56,850 nt of DNA, taken from an uncultured Planctomycetota bacterium. Lineage in GTDB: Bacteria > Planctomycetota > DG-23 > DATKVD01 > CAZVTD01. Positions 46,243 through 53,797 of the stretch are shown here, in pieces. Made by a program: the position numbers and the translations under genes. Within the stretch, counting starts at the first letter, position 1. Every line of letters begins with the position of its first letter. The notes under the pieces are model-generated. The model was not told the origin of the DNA and did no database searches. It was given only the letters and a program-made list of their open reading frames with translations. The stretch is taken from the NCBI GenBank assembly GCA_964629945.1, contig CAZVTD010000001.1, forward strand, positions 1-56,850. Direction: 5' to 3'.

Positions 46243-47592
46243 TCATTCCGAAGAGACCTCTTCTCCAAGCCATTTCCGGAGCGTCTTCCGATCGATGCCG
46301 AGGATGCGGGCTGCCTGGGTCTTGTTGCCGCCGACGCTGGCCAGCACGTTGCGCACGTGTTCCGTCTGCACCTCGACCAGTGTGCGGTCAAGACCCGTTC
46401 GACGCAGTGCCGAGAAGCGCATCAGGGACGGAAGATCGGGAACATCCACGATATCCCCTTCACTCATCAGGACCAGACGATGCATGACGTTCTGCAGTTC
46501 CCTGACGTTCCCCGGCCAGGGGTAGCTCCTCAGGACCTGCAGGGCCTTGTCCGAAAACTTTGGCACCGGCCTGCCCAATTCCCGAGCGAACTGCGCCGCG
46601 AAGTGACGGGTCAGAAGAAGAATGTCATCACCCCTGTCACGCAGGGCCGGGAGAGTGATTGCAATGACGTTCAACCGGTAGAAGAGATCTTCCCGGAAAA
46701 GGTCTTTCTTCACCAGCTCCACCAGATCTCGATTGGTCGCGGCCAGGATTCTGACGTCCACTTTTCTCGCCCGAGTCGTTCCGACCATGCAGACTTCCTT
46801 GTCTTCCAGCACCCGCAGTAGTTTGGCCTGCATGGCCGCACTCGTGTCTCCCACCTCGTCGAAAAAGAGCGTCCCTCCGTCTGCCGTCTGAAAGAAGCCG
46901 GCTCGGGATTCCGTGGCCCCCGTGAACGCACCTTTCACGTGTCCGAACAGTTCGCTCTCCAGGAGCGACTCCGGAATTCCCGCACAGTTCACCGGAACAA
47001 ACGGGGCCGAGGCGCGCAAGCTGTTGTAGTGAATGGCGCGTGCGACGACCTCTTTGCCCGTTCCGCTCTCTCCCGACAACAGCACCGTGACATCGGTCTG
47101 GGCCGCCTTGGAAATCGCGCGCAGCGTCTCACGCATGATCTTCGATTCGCAGACGAGACCATAGCGGTTCTCCGCGGCCAGGTCCGTGCTCGGACGACCA
47201 GCCCGCCTCATGTGCAGCTTCTCCAGTGCTCTTCGTACCCCGGCAAGAAGCTCCTCGTCGGTGAACGGTTTCCGCAGATACTCCTCGGCCCCGGCCTTGA
47301 CCGCATCCACGGCCCCCTCCACCGTGGCATAGCCGGTGATCATCATGACCTCGGTGTCTCTGCAGTTCTCACGGACGTGCCTGACCAGCTCAAGCCCGCT
47401 GACTCTCGGCATCTTCAGGTCCGTGATGACCAGGTCCACCGGCGTCTTCTCCAGGATCCCGATGGCCTCGGCGACGCTGGGAGCAGTGAACACCCGATAG
47501 CCCACGGACTCCAAATTCCTTTGCAGCACCTCCACGGTATCCGGGGCATCATCCACCACCAGAACGGATTCTCTGCTTGCCGCAGCGTTCAT
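46243..47592 (-). CDS. sigma-54-dependent response regulator (NtrC family bEBP)
   Basis: It has a receiver domain (LVITDLKMPRVSG), GESGTGKE, GAFTGA and a Fis-type HTH (NKTQAARILGIDRKTL). The ATG at 47592 lies 1 nt after the kinase stop. Confidence 0.9.
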   Translation of the reverse strand: MNAAASRESVLVVDDAPDTVEVLQRNLESVGYRVFTAPSVAEAIGILEKTPVDLVITDLKMPRVSGLELVRHVRENCRDTEVMMITGYATVEGAVDAVKAGAEEYLRKPFTDEELLAGVRRALEKLHMRRAGRPSTDLAAENRYGLVCESKIMRETLRAISKAAQTDVTVLLSGESGTGKEVVARAIHYNSLRASAPFVPVNCAGIPESLLESELFGHVKGAFTGATESRAGFFQTADGGTLFFDEVGDTSAAMQAKLLRVLEDKEVCMVGTTRARKVDVRILAATNRDLVELVKKDLFREDLFYRLNVIAITLPALRDRGDDILLLTRHFAAQFARELGRPVPKFSDKALQVLRSYPWPGNVRELQNVMHRLVLMSEGDIVDVPDLPSLMRFSALRRTGLDRTLVEVQTEHVRNVLASVGGNKTQAARILGIDRKTLRKWLGEEVSSE

Positions 47593-47593
47593 C

Positions 47594-49168
47594 TCAGCCC
47601 GTCTCCTCTCCGGCTGGCCCGCCGTCCACGGGCAGCCTGATCTCAAACCGCGTGCCTCGTCCAACCTCGCTCTCCACGTGGATCAGCCCGCCGTGCGACG
47701 TGACGATGCCGTGCACCACCGGAAGTCCAAGACCGGTCCCCTCGCCGATGTCCTTCGTGGTAAAGAAGGGCACGAAGATCTGTTTCACAGTCTCCGGACT
47801 CATCCCGACGCCCGTGTCTTCGATCACGAGGAAAACGTCTTCTCCCGACGTCCGCGTCTCCACCTTCAGCTTGCCACCCTCGGGCATGGCCTGGATGGCG
47901 TTGACCACCAGGTTCACCAGCACCTGCGTCAGCAGCGCCGCGTCGCCTACCATGTCAGGCAACCCCGGCAACAAGGAACGCTGGACCTCAATTCCCGCTT
48001 TGACACAGCGCGCTTCCAGGAAGTAGAGTCCTTCTTCAATGACCGTGTTCAGGTTGATCGACGTCTTTTTCGATGGCACCTGGCGTGCGAAGACGAGCAG
48101 TTTGCTGATGATCTCCCGGGCGTGGACCGCTGCCCGTTCGATTTTGCCGAGGTCATGACCGGCCTGCTCCGGCAAGCCGGAACTCTTCTTGGCCAGTTGA
48201 GCGAAGCCGAGGATATTGCCGAGCGGCTCGTTCAACTCGTGTGCGACGCCCGCTGCCAGCTGCCCGATGGTCGCCAGCCGGTCGGCGTGCATGAGCTGCT
48301 CCTGCAACTGCGACCTCTCCACTTGGGTCTGACGCCTCTCAACGATGAACCCTACCTGTCGAGCCACCGCGTCGATGAGATGCCGTTCTTCTCTCAGAAA
48401 CGGACCTTCGTCACGCTCCGGCTTTGCCTCGGGATAGGCAACCTCCACGGAACCCCTTGACTGCCCTTTGACCAGGATGCCGGCTCGCTGCGTCTGCTCA
48501 CTTCCCAACCAGCTTCCGGTCGAATACTCCTGCCCGTCCAGCAGAATCCGTGCTATTGCGTCGGGATACTGCCAGGCCGGGGGAAGCAGTGCGACGATGC
48601 GCCGCATCATGTCTTCCAGAGAAATTCCGGGCGTTTCCGTGACCTGCGCTATCCCGTAGAGACACGTCAGCTCCTTGACGCGTTCCCGGAGCGCAGCGTG
48701 CGAGCGTTGACCGACTAATGCCGTCGCCAGCGCCTGGGCAACGTCCTCATAGCAGCCCCGCTCGGTCTTTGTCGGTCCCCCGCTTCTTCGCCAGGTCAGG
48801 AACAGGGTCCCAATTCTCATCTGTCCCACCGCCAGAGGAAGGATGACCCGTAGTCTCCCTGATTCCTCAGAAGCTCCGGAGGGAACCGGCGAGATGCTCT
48901 CTTCGACTGGCTTTTTGAACTTCGTGACTTCAAGACAAGGCGGGCCTTCACCGTTCCCTCTCGAACGGTATTGAGTGATGTGGTTCCCGTCCATGACCTG
49001 GAGCTCGACCTCTTCGCACCCCGAGAAGCCCATGAGTATGCCCGCAACCTCAGAGGCATATTCCGCTTCAGGCAGTCCGGAAAGCGCCTGTTCCAGGATG
49101 CGGCGCGACAACACCCGGAACTCTTCCTGCGAATGACCCGTCTGGACACACTTCACGGCATCCCTCAC
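47594..49168 (-). CDS. cytoplasmic GAF-domain sensor histidine kinase
   Basis: No TM segment is seen. GAF-like N-terminal modules are followed by an H-box (VAHELNEPLGNILGF) and HATPase motifs (NLVVNAIQA, GTGLGLPVV). The start is GTG 49168. Confidence 0.85.
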   Translation of the reverse strand: MRDAVKCVQTGHSQEEFRVLSRRILEQALSGLPEAEYASEVAGILMGFSGCEEVELQVMDGNHITQYRSRGNGEGPPCLEVTKFKKPVEESISPVPSGASEESGRLRVILPLAVGQMRIGTLFLTWRRSGGPTKTERGCYEDVAQALATALVGQRSHAALRERVKELTCLYGIAQVTETPGISLEDMMRRIVALLPPAWQYPDAIARILLDGQEYSTGSWLGSEQTQRAGILVKGQSRGSVEVAYPEAKPERDEGPFLREERHLIDAVARQVGFIVERRQTQVERSQLQEQLMHADRLATIGQLAAGVAHELNEPLGNILGFAQLAKKSSGLPEQAGHDLGKIERAAVHAREIISKLLVFARQVPSKKTSINLNTVIEEGLYFLEARCVKAGIEVQRSLLPGLPDMVGDAALLTQVLVNLVVNAIQAMPEGGKLKVETRTSGEDVFLVIEDTGVGMSPETVKQIFVPFFTTKDIGEGTGLGLPVVHGIVTSHGGLIHVESEVGRGTRFEIRLPVDGGPAGEETG

Positions 49169-49182
49169 AAAAGCAGGAGCAA

Positions 49183-49434
49183 ATGGCGGATGAACACGAT
49201 GATGCAGACATGCTACCGACGACTCCGGCGGTTGGCAACTCAGAATCCAGGGCCCCCCAGAGTGCGTTCAATGCGCTGCATATGTCATCGTTCGTCGAGC
49301 CAGGAGCAGCAAAGCCGAGAACAGACGTAGCAAAAAGTGCAGCATTTTCTCGCCAAAACGTCGCAAAAAACGCAAAAATACACAGCCAAACCGAGCGTTT
49401 TGGAGTGGAACCGAGTACAAGAGAAAAGGCGTAA
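49183..49434 (+). pseudogene. integrase 3'-tail remnant, copy 3
   Basis: It contains ..AVGNSESRAPQ.. (a decayed WLGNS block) and KSAAFSRQNVAKNAK.. The stretch from 49327 is about 75% identical by eye to 40222-40300 of copy 2. Confidence 0.45.
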
Positions 49435-49453
49435 CCCCAAACGGGGTTACGCC
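49428..49453. terminator. perfect 11-bp stem / 4-nt loop hairpin (terminator-like)
   Basis: The sequence is GGCGTAACCCC-aaac-GGGGTTACGCC. An A-tract lies on the left, giving TTTTCTC after the stem on the minus strand. TTAT lies on the right. Confidence 0.5.
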
Positions 49454-49514
49454 TTATGCCACTCCAGAACTTCAAAGGCGTTCAATGCGAAAACGCCTCT
49501 ACATATAAAAGTAC

Positions 49515-49600
49515 CCCCACGGGGAATCGAACAATCGCGTTTTCGGGCCCAAAAACGCCGATTTTCGAGGATGGCGTAGCAGAAAGCGGTACACTTTCTC
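49515..49600 (+). repeat. direct repeat A (~86 bp) upstream of fic; decayed integrase-tail/att-like sequence
   Basis: The sequence is cccccacggggaatcgaacaatcgcgttttcgggcccaaaaacgccgattttcgagg..gcgtagcagaaagcggtacactttctc. It is about 80% identical by eye to 51457-51543. Confidence 0.6.
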
Positions 49601-49774
49601 CCTATCCCCTTGCAGCAACATGTGTTAGCGTTCTTGCCACCCGTTATCCGACGTCCTTCCGTAACGCATTCCACAACAAATGCCGCATCTATAACGAAAT
49701 CCACTGCGAAGTAACGGTTTTCCCTCCACATGGCAGCCATCGAGGCCGATAAATCGCGCATATAACACTTTCTC

Positions 49775-49802
49775 TTGACAACAGGCCCCCTGTAACGATA
49801 AT
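49775..49802 (+). promoter_or_regulatory. sigma-70 promoter TTGACA-N16-GATAAT for fic
   Basis: TTGACA lies at 49775-49780 and GATAAT at 49797-49802. GTAACG motifs sit at 49661, 49711, 49792 and 49812 around it. Confidence 0.6.
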
Positions 49803-49837
49803 TCTCCGGGCGTAACGGTTCTTTCAGGAGAAACGCC

Positions 49838-51373
49838 GTGTCTAACAATTCTAAGCCCAGTGGACCCACTGGCAGACCCGCAGGCTATGCCGCCCTTATA
49901 CGGCGATATGATCTGCGGGTCATTCCCAACTGGCATGAGTCTGTGGTCGGTTCGTCCGGCTCCCGACAAACCCACCAGGATGGCCTGCGCATCCGTGAGC
50001 TCTTTCCAGCATCCTATTGGCCTGGGGATGGTCTTGGTGACCAGTTGGAATTCGCGCTGAAATACGATGGCATCAACCTGTCAATTCTAGCCCTGCTCTT
50101 CCAGAAGATCAACCTACAGGAACTGACTGACTACATCCGCTCGAAGCCAACCGGATGGAACGCCAGGAGGATCTGGTATCTCTATGAGTTCCTGACAAGG
50201 AAACGCCTGGAGCTCGATGACCTGATCCAGGGCAACTACGTCGACCTTCTCGATGTAAAGTCATACTACACCGCGAAACCGCGAAGGGTGCGCCGTCAGC
50301 GCATTAACGACAACCTTCTTCAGGGACCGGACTTCTGTCCTGTCGTTCGCCGCACGGCACGATTGGAAGAGTTCGTCAAATCCGATCTTCGGGCGAAGTG
50401 CCTTGACCTGGTCGAGTCCTATCCAGAGGACGTTCTCAATCGGGCCCTGAGTTACCTCTATACCAAGGAGACCAGGTCCTCCTATGAAATCGAGCACGTG
50501 CCCACTGACACATCAAGGACCGAGCGCTTCGTGACTCTGCTGCGTCAAGCAGAGAAGGATGACTTCCTTGGCAGAGAATCCCTGGTTGCCCTTCAGAACC
50601 AGATCGTCGACGAGCGTTTCAGGGACCGGGATTACCGGAAGAGTCAGAACTATGTTGGAGAAGCTGTGCAGTGGCAGAGAGAGCGAGTGCACTTCGTCTC
50701 CCCTAAGCCGGAAGACTTGGCAAGCCTGATGGAAGGGCTGCTCGCAATTCACGAACGGATGGTCGAGAGCGATGTCGATCCCGTCATTCACGCTGCCATT
50801 GTGGCCTTCGGGTTTGTGTTCATTCACCCGTTCGAGGACGGGAACGGGCGAATCCACCGGTTCCTCATCCACAACATCCTGTCCAGAAGGGGATTCACTC
50901 CGAAAGGGGTCATGTTCCCCGTGTCGGCGGCGATGCTGAACGGCCGGGCGGCCTATGATGCGGCGCTGGAAGCGTTTTCCAGACCGCTGTTGCGTCTGGT
51001 GGACTACACGCTCGATGATGTTGGCCAGATGACCGTCCACGGCGAGACAGCGGAATACTATCGCTACATCGACCTGACGACCCAGGCCGAGGCGTTGTTC
51101 GACTTCATAGCCAGAACCATTGAGACGGACCTTGTCAACGAACTGGAGTTCCTGCGGAGCTACGATGGTGCGAAGAAGGCCATCCCTGAGATCGTGGACC
51201 TGCCGGATAGGCTTCTCGACCTGTTCATCAGGTTCTGTCTGCAAAACAAAGGGGAGCTGTCAGCTGGAAAGCGAGCCAGGTTCTTCGCCAGCCTGACCGA
51301 TGCCGAAATTCAGAAGATGGAGCGTGCACTTCAGGAGGCCTTCCACCTCACAACTCCGGATGCACTTGGATAG
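49838..51373 (+). CDS. Fic family protein (AMPylase/adenylyltransferase fold)
   Basis: The core motif is HPFEDGNGRIHRF. The start is GTG 49838, with AGGAGA 7 nt upstream. Confidence 0.9.
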   Translation: MSNNSKPSGPTGRPAGYAALIRRYDLRVIPNWHESVVGSSGSRQTHQDGLRIRELFPASYWPGDGLGDQLEFALKYDGINLSILALLFQKINLQELTDYIRSKPTGWNARRIWYLYEFLTRKRLELDDLIQGNYVDLLDVKSYYTAKPRRVRRQRINDNLLQGPDFCPVVRRTARLEEFVKSDLRAKCLDLVESYPEDVLNRALSYLYTKETRSSYEIEHVPTDTSRTERFVTLLRQAEKDDFLGRESLVALQNQIVDERFRDRDYRKSQNYVGEAVQWQRERVHFVSPKPEDLASLMEGLLAIHERMVESDVDPVIHAAIVAFGFVFIHPFEDGNGRIHRFLIHNILSRRGFTPKGVMFPVSAAMLNGRAAYDAALEAFSRPLLRLVDYTLDDVGQMTVHGETAEYYRYIDLTTQAEALFDFIARTIETDLVNELEFLRSYDGAKKAIPEIVDLPDRLLDLFIRFCLQNKGELSAGKRARFFASLTDAEIQKMERALQEAFHLTTPDALG

Positions 51374-51456
51374 TCACTGGATCGGGGCAGAACGTAACTT
51401 GGTACGACTCCATGCGAGTCGGTGCCACGCAGTTCCCCTTGGTGCAACTCTCTCAC

Positions 51457-51543
51457 AGCCACGAGGGACCGAACGATCGCCTTTTCGGGCCCAAGAACGC
51501 CGATTTCGGAGACCAGCGTAGCAGGAAACGTATCACTTTCTTC
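51457..51543 (+). repeat. direct repeat B (~87 bp) downstream of fic
   Basis: The sequence is cagccacgagggaccgaacgatcgccttttcgggcccaagaacgccgatttcggag..gcgtagcaggaaacgtatcactttctt. It is the partner of repeat A. Confidence 0.6.
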
Positions 51544-51612
51544 TGCCCACGATTCAGCCACCGTTATGGCCGTTTGCCTCAATCTCCACGCAGTTCTCCG
51601 ATGCGCAATGCT

Positions 51613-51660
51613 GGAGGTCGCAGGTTCAAAGCGGAGGCAGGATTCGAACCTGCGACCTCC
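51613..51660. repeat. 15-bp perfect inverted repeat GGAGGTCGCAGGTTC / GAACCTGCGACCTCC with an 18-nt spacer
   Basis: The arms lie at 51613-51627 and 51646-51660. The right arm is part of the tRNA fragment, and the left arm is an inverted copy of its variable/T-stem region. Confidence 0.7.
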
Positions 51661-51670
51661 GGGTTATGAG
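51630..51670 (-). other. tRNA-Met/Ile2(CAU)-like 3' half (att-site-type fragment, not a functional tRNA)
   Basis: The minus strand reads CTCATAA-CCCGG-AGGTC-GCAGG-TTCGAAT-CCTGC-CTCCGCT. These are the anticodon loop, 3' anticodon stem, variable loop, complete T-arm and 3' acceptor strand. No matching 5' half lies upstream. Confidence 0.65.
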
Positions 51671-51706
51671 TGTCCGAAAGCTGATTCCTGCTGTCATCTG
51701 AACCGA

Positions 51707-52123
51707 TCACGGCAGCTTTCGTTTCGCTCTTTTCGGTTTCGCGTCGAAGAGCTTCAGCACCTTCTCGCGAAGATACCGCTGAACGAAAGAGTTCATGGTG
51801 CCGTCGGGATAGAGCACCCGGTTGCCGATGAGCAGCTCCAGTTTTCTGTCAAACAGGCGGTCATAGACAACCGACTTCGCAATGAGTTCCTCTCGCGAGT
51901 ACTGGGCGTTCTTCCACAACCATTGCCATACCTCGCTTTCGGTATCGGTGGTTAATGGGCTGAGCTTGGAGATTCTACGAACGGTGATGTTGGACCAGGC
52001 CAGTACGATCTTGGTCAGTGCTTCATCCTCACCCACGACCAGGACGGTCTCCGGCTTCTCGTTCTTCTTGAACCATTCCAACTTTTCGTCAAACAGGTCG
52101 TTCTCCAAAGCACTTCTCCTCAT
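51707..52123 (-). CDS. hypothetical 138-aa protein with a basic C-terminal tail (KPKRAKRKLP)
   Basis: This clean ORF is the last gene of the four-gene minus-strand operon, 13 nt after the DUF523 stop. I recognise no family. Confidence 0.55.
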   Translation of the reverse strand: MRRSALENDLFDEKLEWFKKNEKPETVLVVGEDEALTKIVLAWSNITVRRISKLSPLTTDTESEVWQWLWKNAQYSREELIAKSVVYDRLFDRKLELLIGNRVLYPDGTMNSFVQRYLREKVLKLFDAKPKRAKRKLP

Positions 52124-52136
52124 TGACGGGGCCGAT

Positions 52137-52613
52137 TCAGGGGACTCTTATCACTCTTATGCCCGCACGACGGAGCACCTCGCCGGTCACTCCCTCACGG
52201 TCACAGGACGGACTGCCACCCTTTAGATACGCGCGACGGGCTCCCACGATCCTCGCAATCTCAAGCGTGTAATTTGCACCGTCCACATGAAAGTCAGTCA
52301 CGTCACGGCCGTTCTCGGGTGCGATGATACGTAACCCTTCGTCCAAGACCTGTGCCCCGGTTCCGCCGGCGAGAGTCTCGCCTGTCCGAGGTGTGGGCAT
52401 GCCGCCCAACTGTTCGGGGCAAACAGGCACCAATACGTACTTCTTCTTGAGTTGGCGGATGAGCTTGTCCCGCCTCTTTGCCCGGCGGCCATGCCAGCGA
52501 CAAGGCACCCCCAGGAAACAGGCACTGATCAAAATGGGCTCCAACAGAGGACGAGCCTCTCCATCGGCAAAGAGGGTTCCGGTTGCAGGTTTCATGTCGG
52601 CAGTCCTCTTCAT
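52137..52613 (-). CDS. DUF523 / TudS-like [4Fe-4S] protein (thiouracil desulfidase family)
   Basis: ISACFLGVPCRWHG and VPVCPEQLGG supply the three family Cys residues. An alternative start is ATG 52595 (GAGGA upstream). Confidence 0.7.
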   Translation of the reverse strand: MKRTADMKPATGTLFADGEARPLLEPILISACFLGVPCRWHGRRAKRRDKLIRQLKKKYVLVPVCPEQLGGMPTPRTGETLAGGTGAQVLDEGLRIIAPENGRDVTDFHVDGANYTLEIARIVGARRAYLKGGSPSCDREGVTGEVLRRAGIRVIRVP

Positions 52614-52622
52614 GTCGTATGA

Positions 52623-53795
52623 TTACAAGACACAATTACACCGTCCCAAGCGGTCCTCCAACCGCACGGCTTTCCAGACCTCGGGCTCCTCCAGACAGAG
52701 AGCCAGTTCAATATCAGGACACATCTCCCGCGCAGCCCGAATGAGTCGGTCGTATATCGCGATGCGTATTTCCGAAGCGTATCGCATCCTTCCGTCGTCG
52801 GATTTGATCGAATCCCCAATTCGCTCCGAAATGGGGTTTCGTCTGGAAAGCTTGCGTTCCATGAGTTGCCGGGCGCCTTTGTAGATGCAGATCCCCCCGA
52901 ACGTGAGTCGCGAGAGCGAGACCGTCTCAAGAAGTTTTCGAACGAAGCGCACGTAATACGTCTCCCAGCCCTCCATGGGGATCACGGGCATGATAACTGC
53001 ACGGACCGGGTAACCTAGGTCGGCACATTGCCGCATGGCCTCGATGCGTTCCTCGACCAATGGCACGTTTTCCTCGAAGGCTTCGGCGATCTCCGGCGGA
53101 TTCAGGCTCCATGAGAGAATGGTCTGCCCGCCGTGTTCCAGATCAAGCAGCCTCTCAACGTGGTTGCTCTTGGTGAGCAGAACCTGCCGGGCATAGGGAT
53201 GTCTTGCGAAAAACGGGACAATCGCTGTCGAGTAAGCGGTAAGCGGATCGAGCGCGAGGGAGTCCTGAAGCTTGCCTAGGTAGAAAGCCGTGGGCTCAGC
53301 CAACCGACGGGCTATTGTATCAATCTTGGTTATCATCTCAGGAAGGTTGACGTAGACCTTGACCGTCGGAGAGAACCAGACGCCCTGCGTCCCGGCAAGA
53401 TAGCAGTACTTGCAGCCGAAGGGACAATACCCATAGGGTGAAAAATGCCAGTAGTTCGGACAGGTGTTCCCCTCTTCTTGGCTGAAGCGCACCGAGTCTC
53501 CCAGCTCTCCGAACACCAGCGTGCGCTTGCCGATCCTGTGACGGGCCAGAGGGTCCGCTTCACCAAGTTCAATTCGATTGTGAGGCGTGTCCGGGCAATC
53601 CACCTTGTCGGCCTCCGGGTAGAGTCGGACAATACCTTCGACAAACGAACGCCGTTCAGGCGTGCTGAGACTGCCCTTGGCGAAGTAGATACGCTCGACC
53701 TGGAAGTGATCCGGACAGGCTGGCTGATACTCCGTGGGCAGAGAGCACCAGCCGCCGGAATCAAAAGGAAAGGCGTTCTGTCCCACGCTTTCCAT
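52623..53795 (-). CDS. spore-photoproduct-lyase-family radical SAM protein (SplB-like)
   Basis: The radical SAM cluster is CPFGCKYCYL (CX3CX2C), in a ~390-aa SPL-like layout. The ATG lies 2 nt after the methyltransferase stop. Confidence 0.65.
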   Translation of the reverse strand: MESVGQNAFPFDSGGWCSLPTEYQPACPDHFQVERIYFAKGSLSTPERRSFVEGIVRLYPEADKVDCPDTPHNRIELGEADPLARHRIGKRTLVFGELGDSVRFSQEEGNTCPNYWHFSPYGYCPFGCKYCYLAGTQGVWFSPTVKVYVNLPEMITKIDTIARRLAEPTAFYLGKLQDSLALDPLTAYSTAIVPFFARHPYARQVLLTKSNHVERLLDLEHGGQTILSWSLNPPEIAEAFEENVPLVEERIEAMRQCADLGYPVRAVIMPVIPMEGWETYYVRFVRKLLETVSLSRLTFGGICIYKGARQLMERKLSRRNPISERIGDSIKSDDGRMRYASEIRIAIYDRLIRAAREMCPDIELALCLEEPEVWKAVRLEDRLGRCNCVL

Positions 53796-53797
53796 AT

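Noticed and set aside
49511-49535. A possible tRNA gene suggested by gtacccccacggggaatcgaac
   Set aside because: Only an acceptor/T-loop-like string is present. The downstream bases (aatcg) cannot pair to close a T-stem and no cloverleaf can be drawn. I treat it as a decayed att/tRNA-end fragment within repeat A.
49515-51543. A CRISPR array or other regular short-repeat array in the accessory region
   Set aside because: There are only two ~86-bp degenerate copies, 1.9 kb apart, with a gene between them. No regular spacer pattern or short palindromic repeat units occur anywhere in the window.
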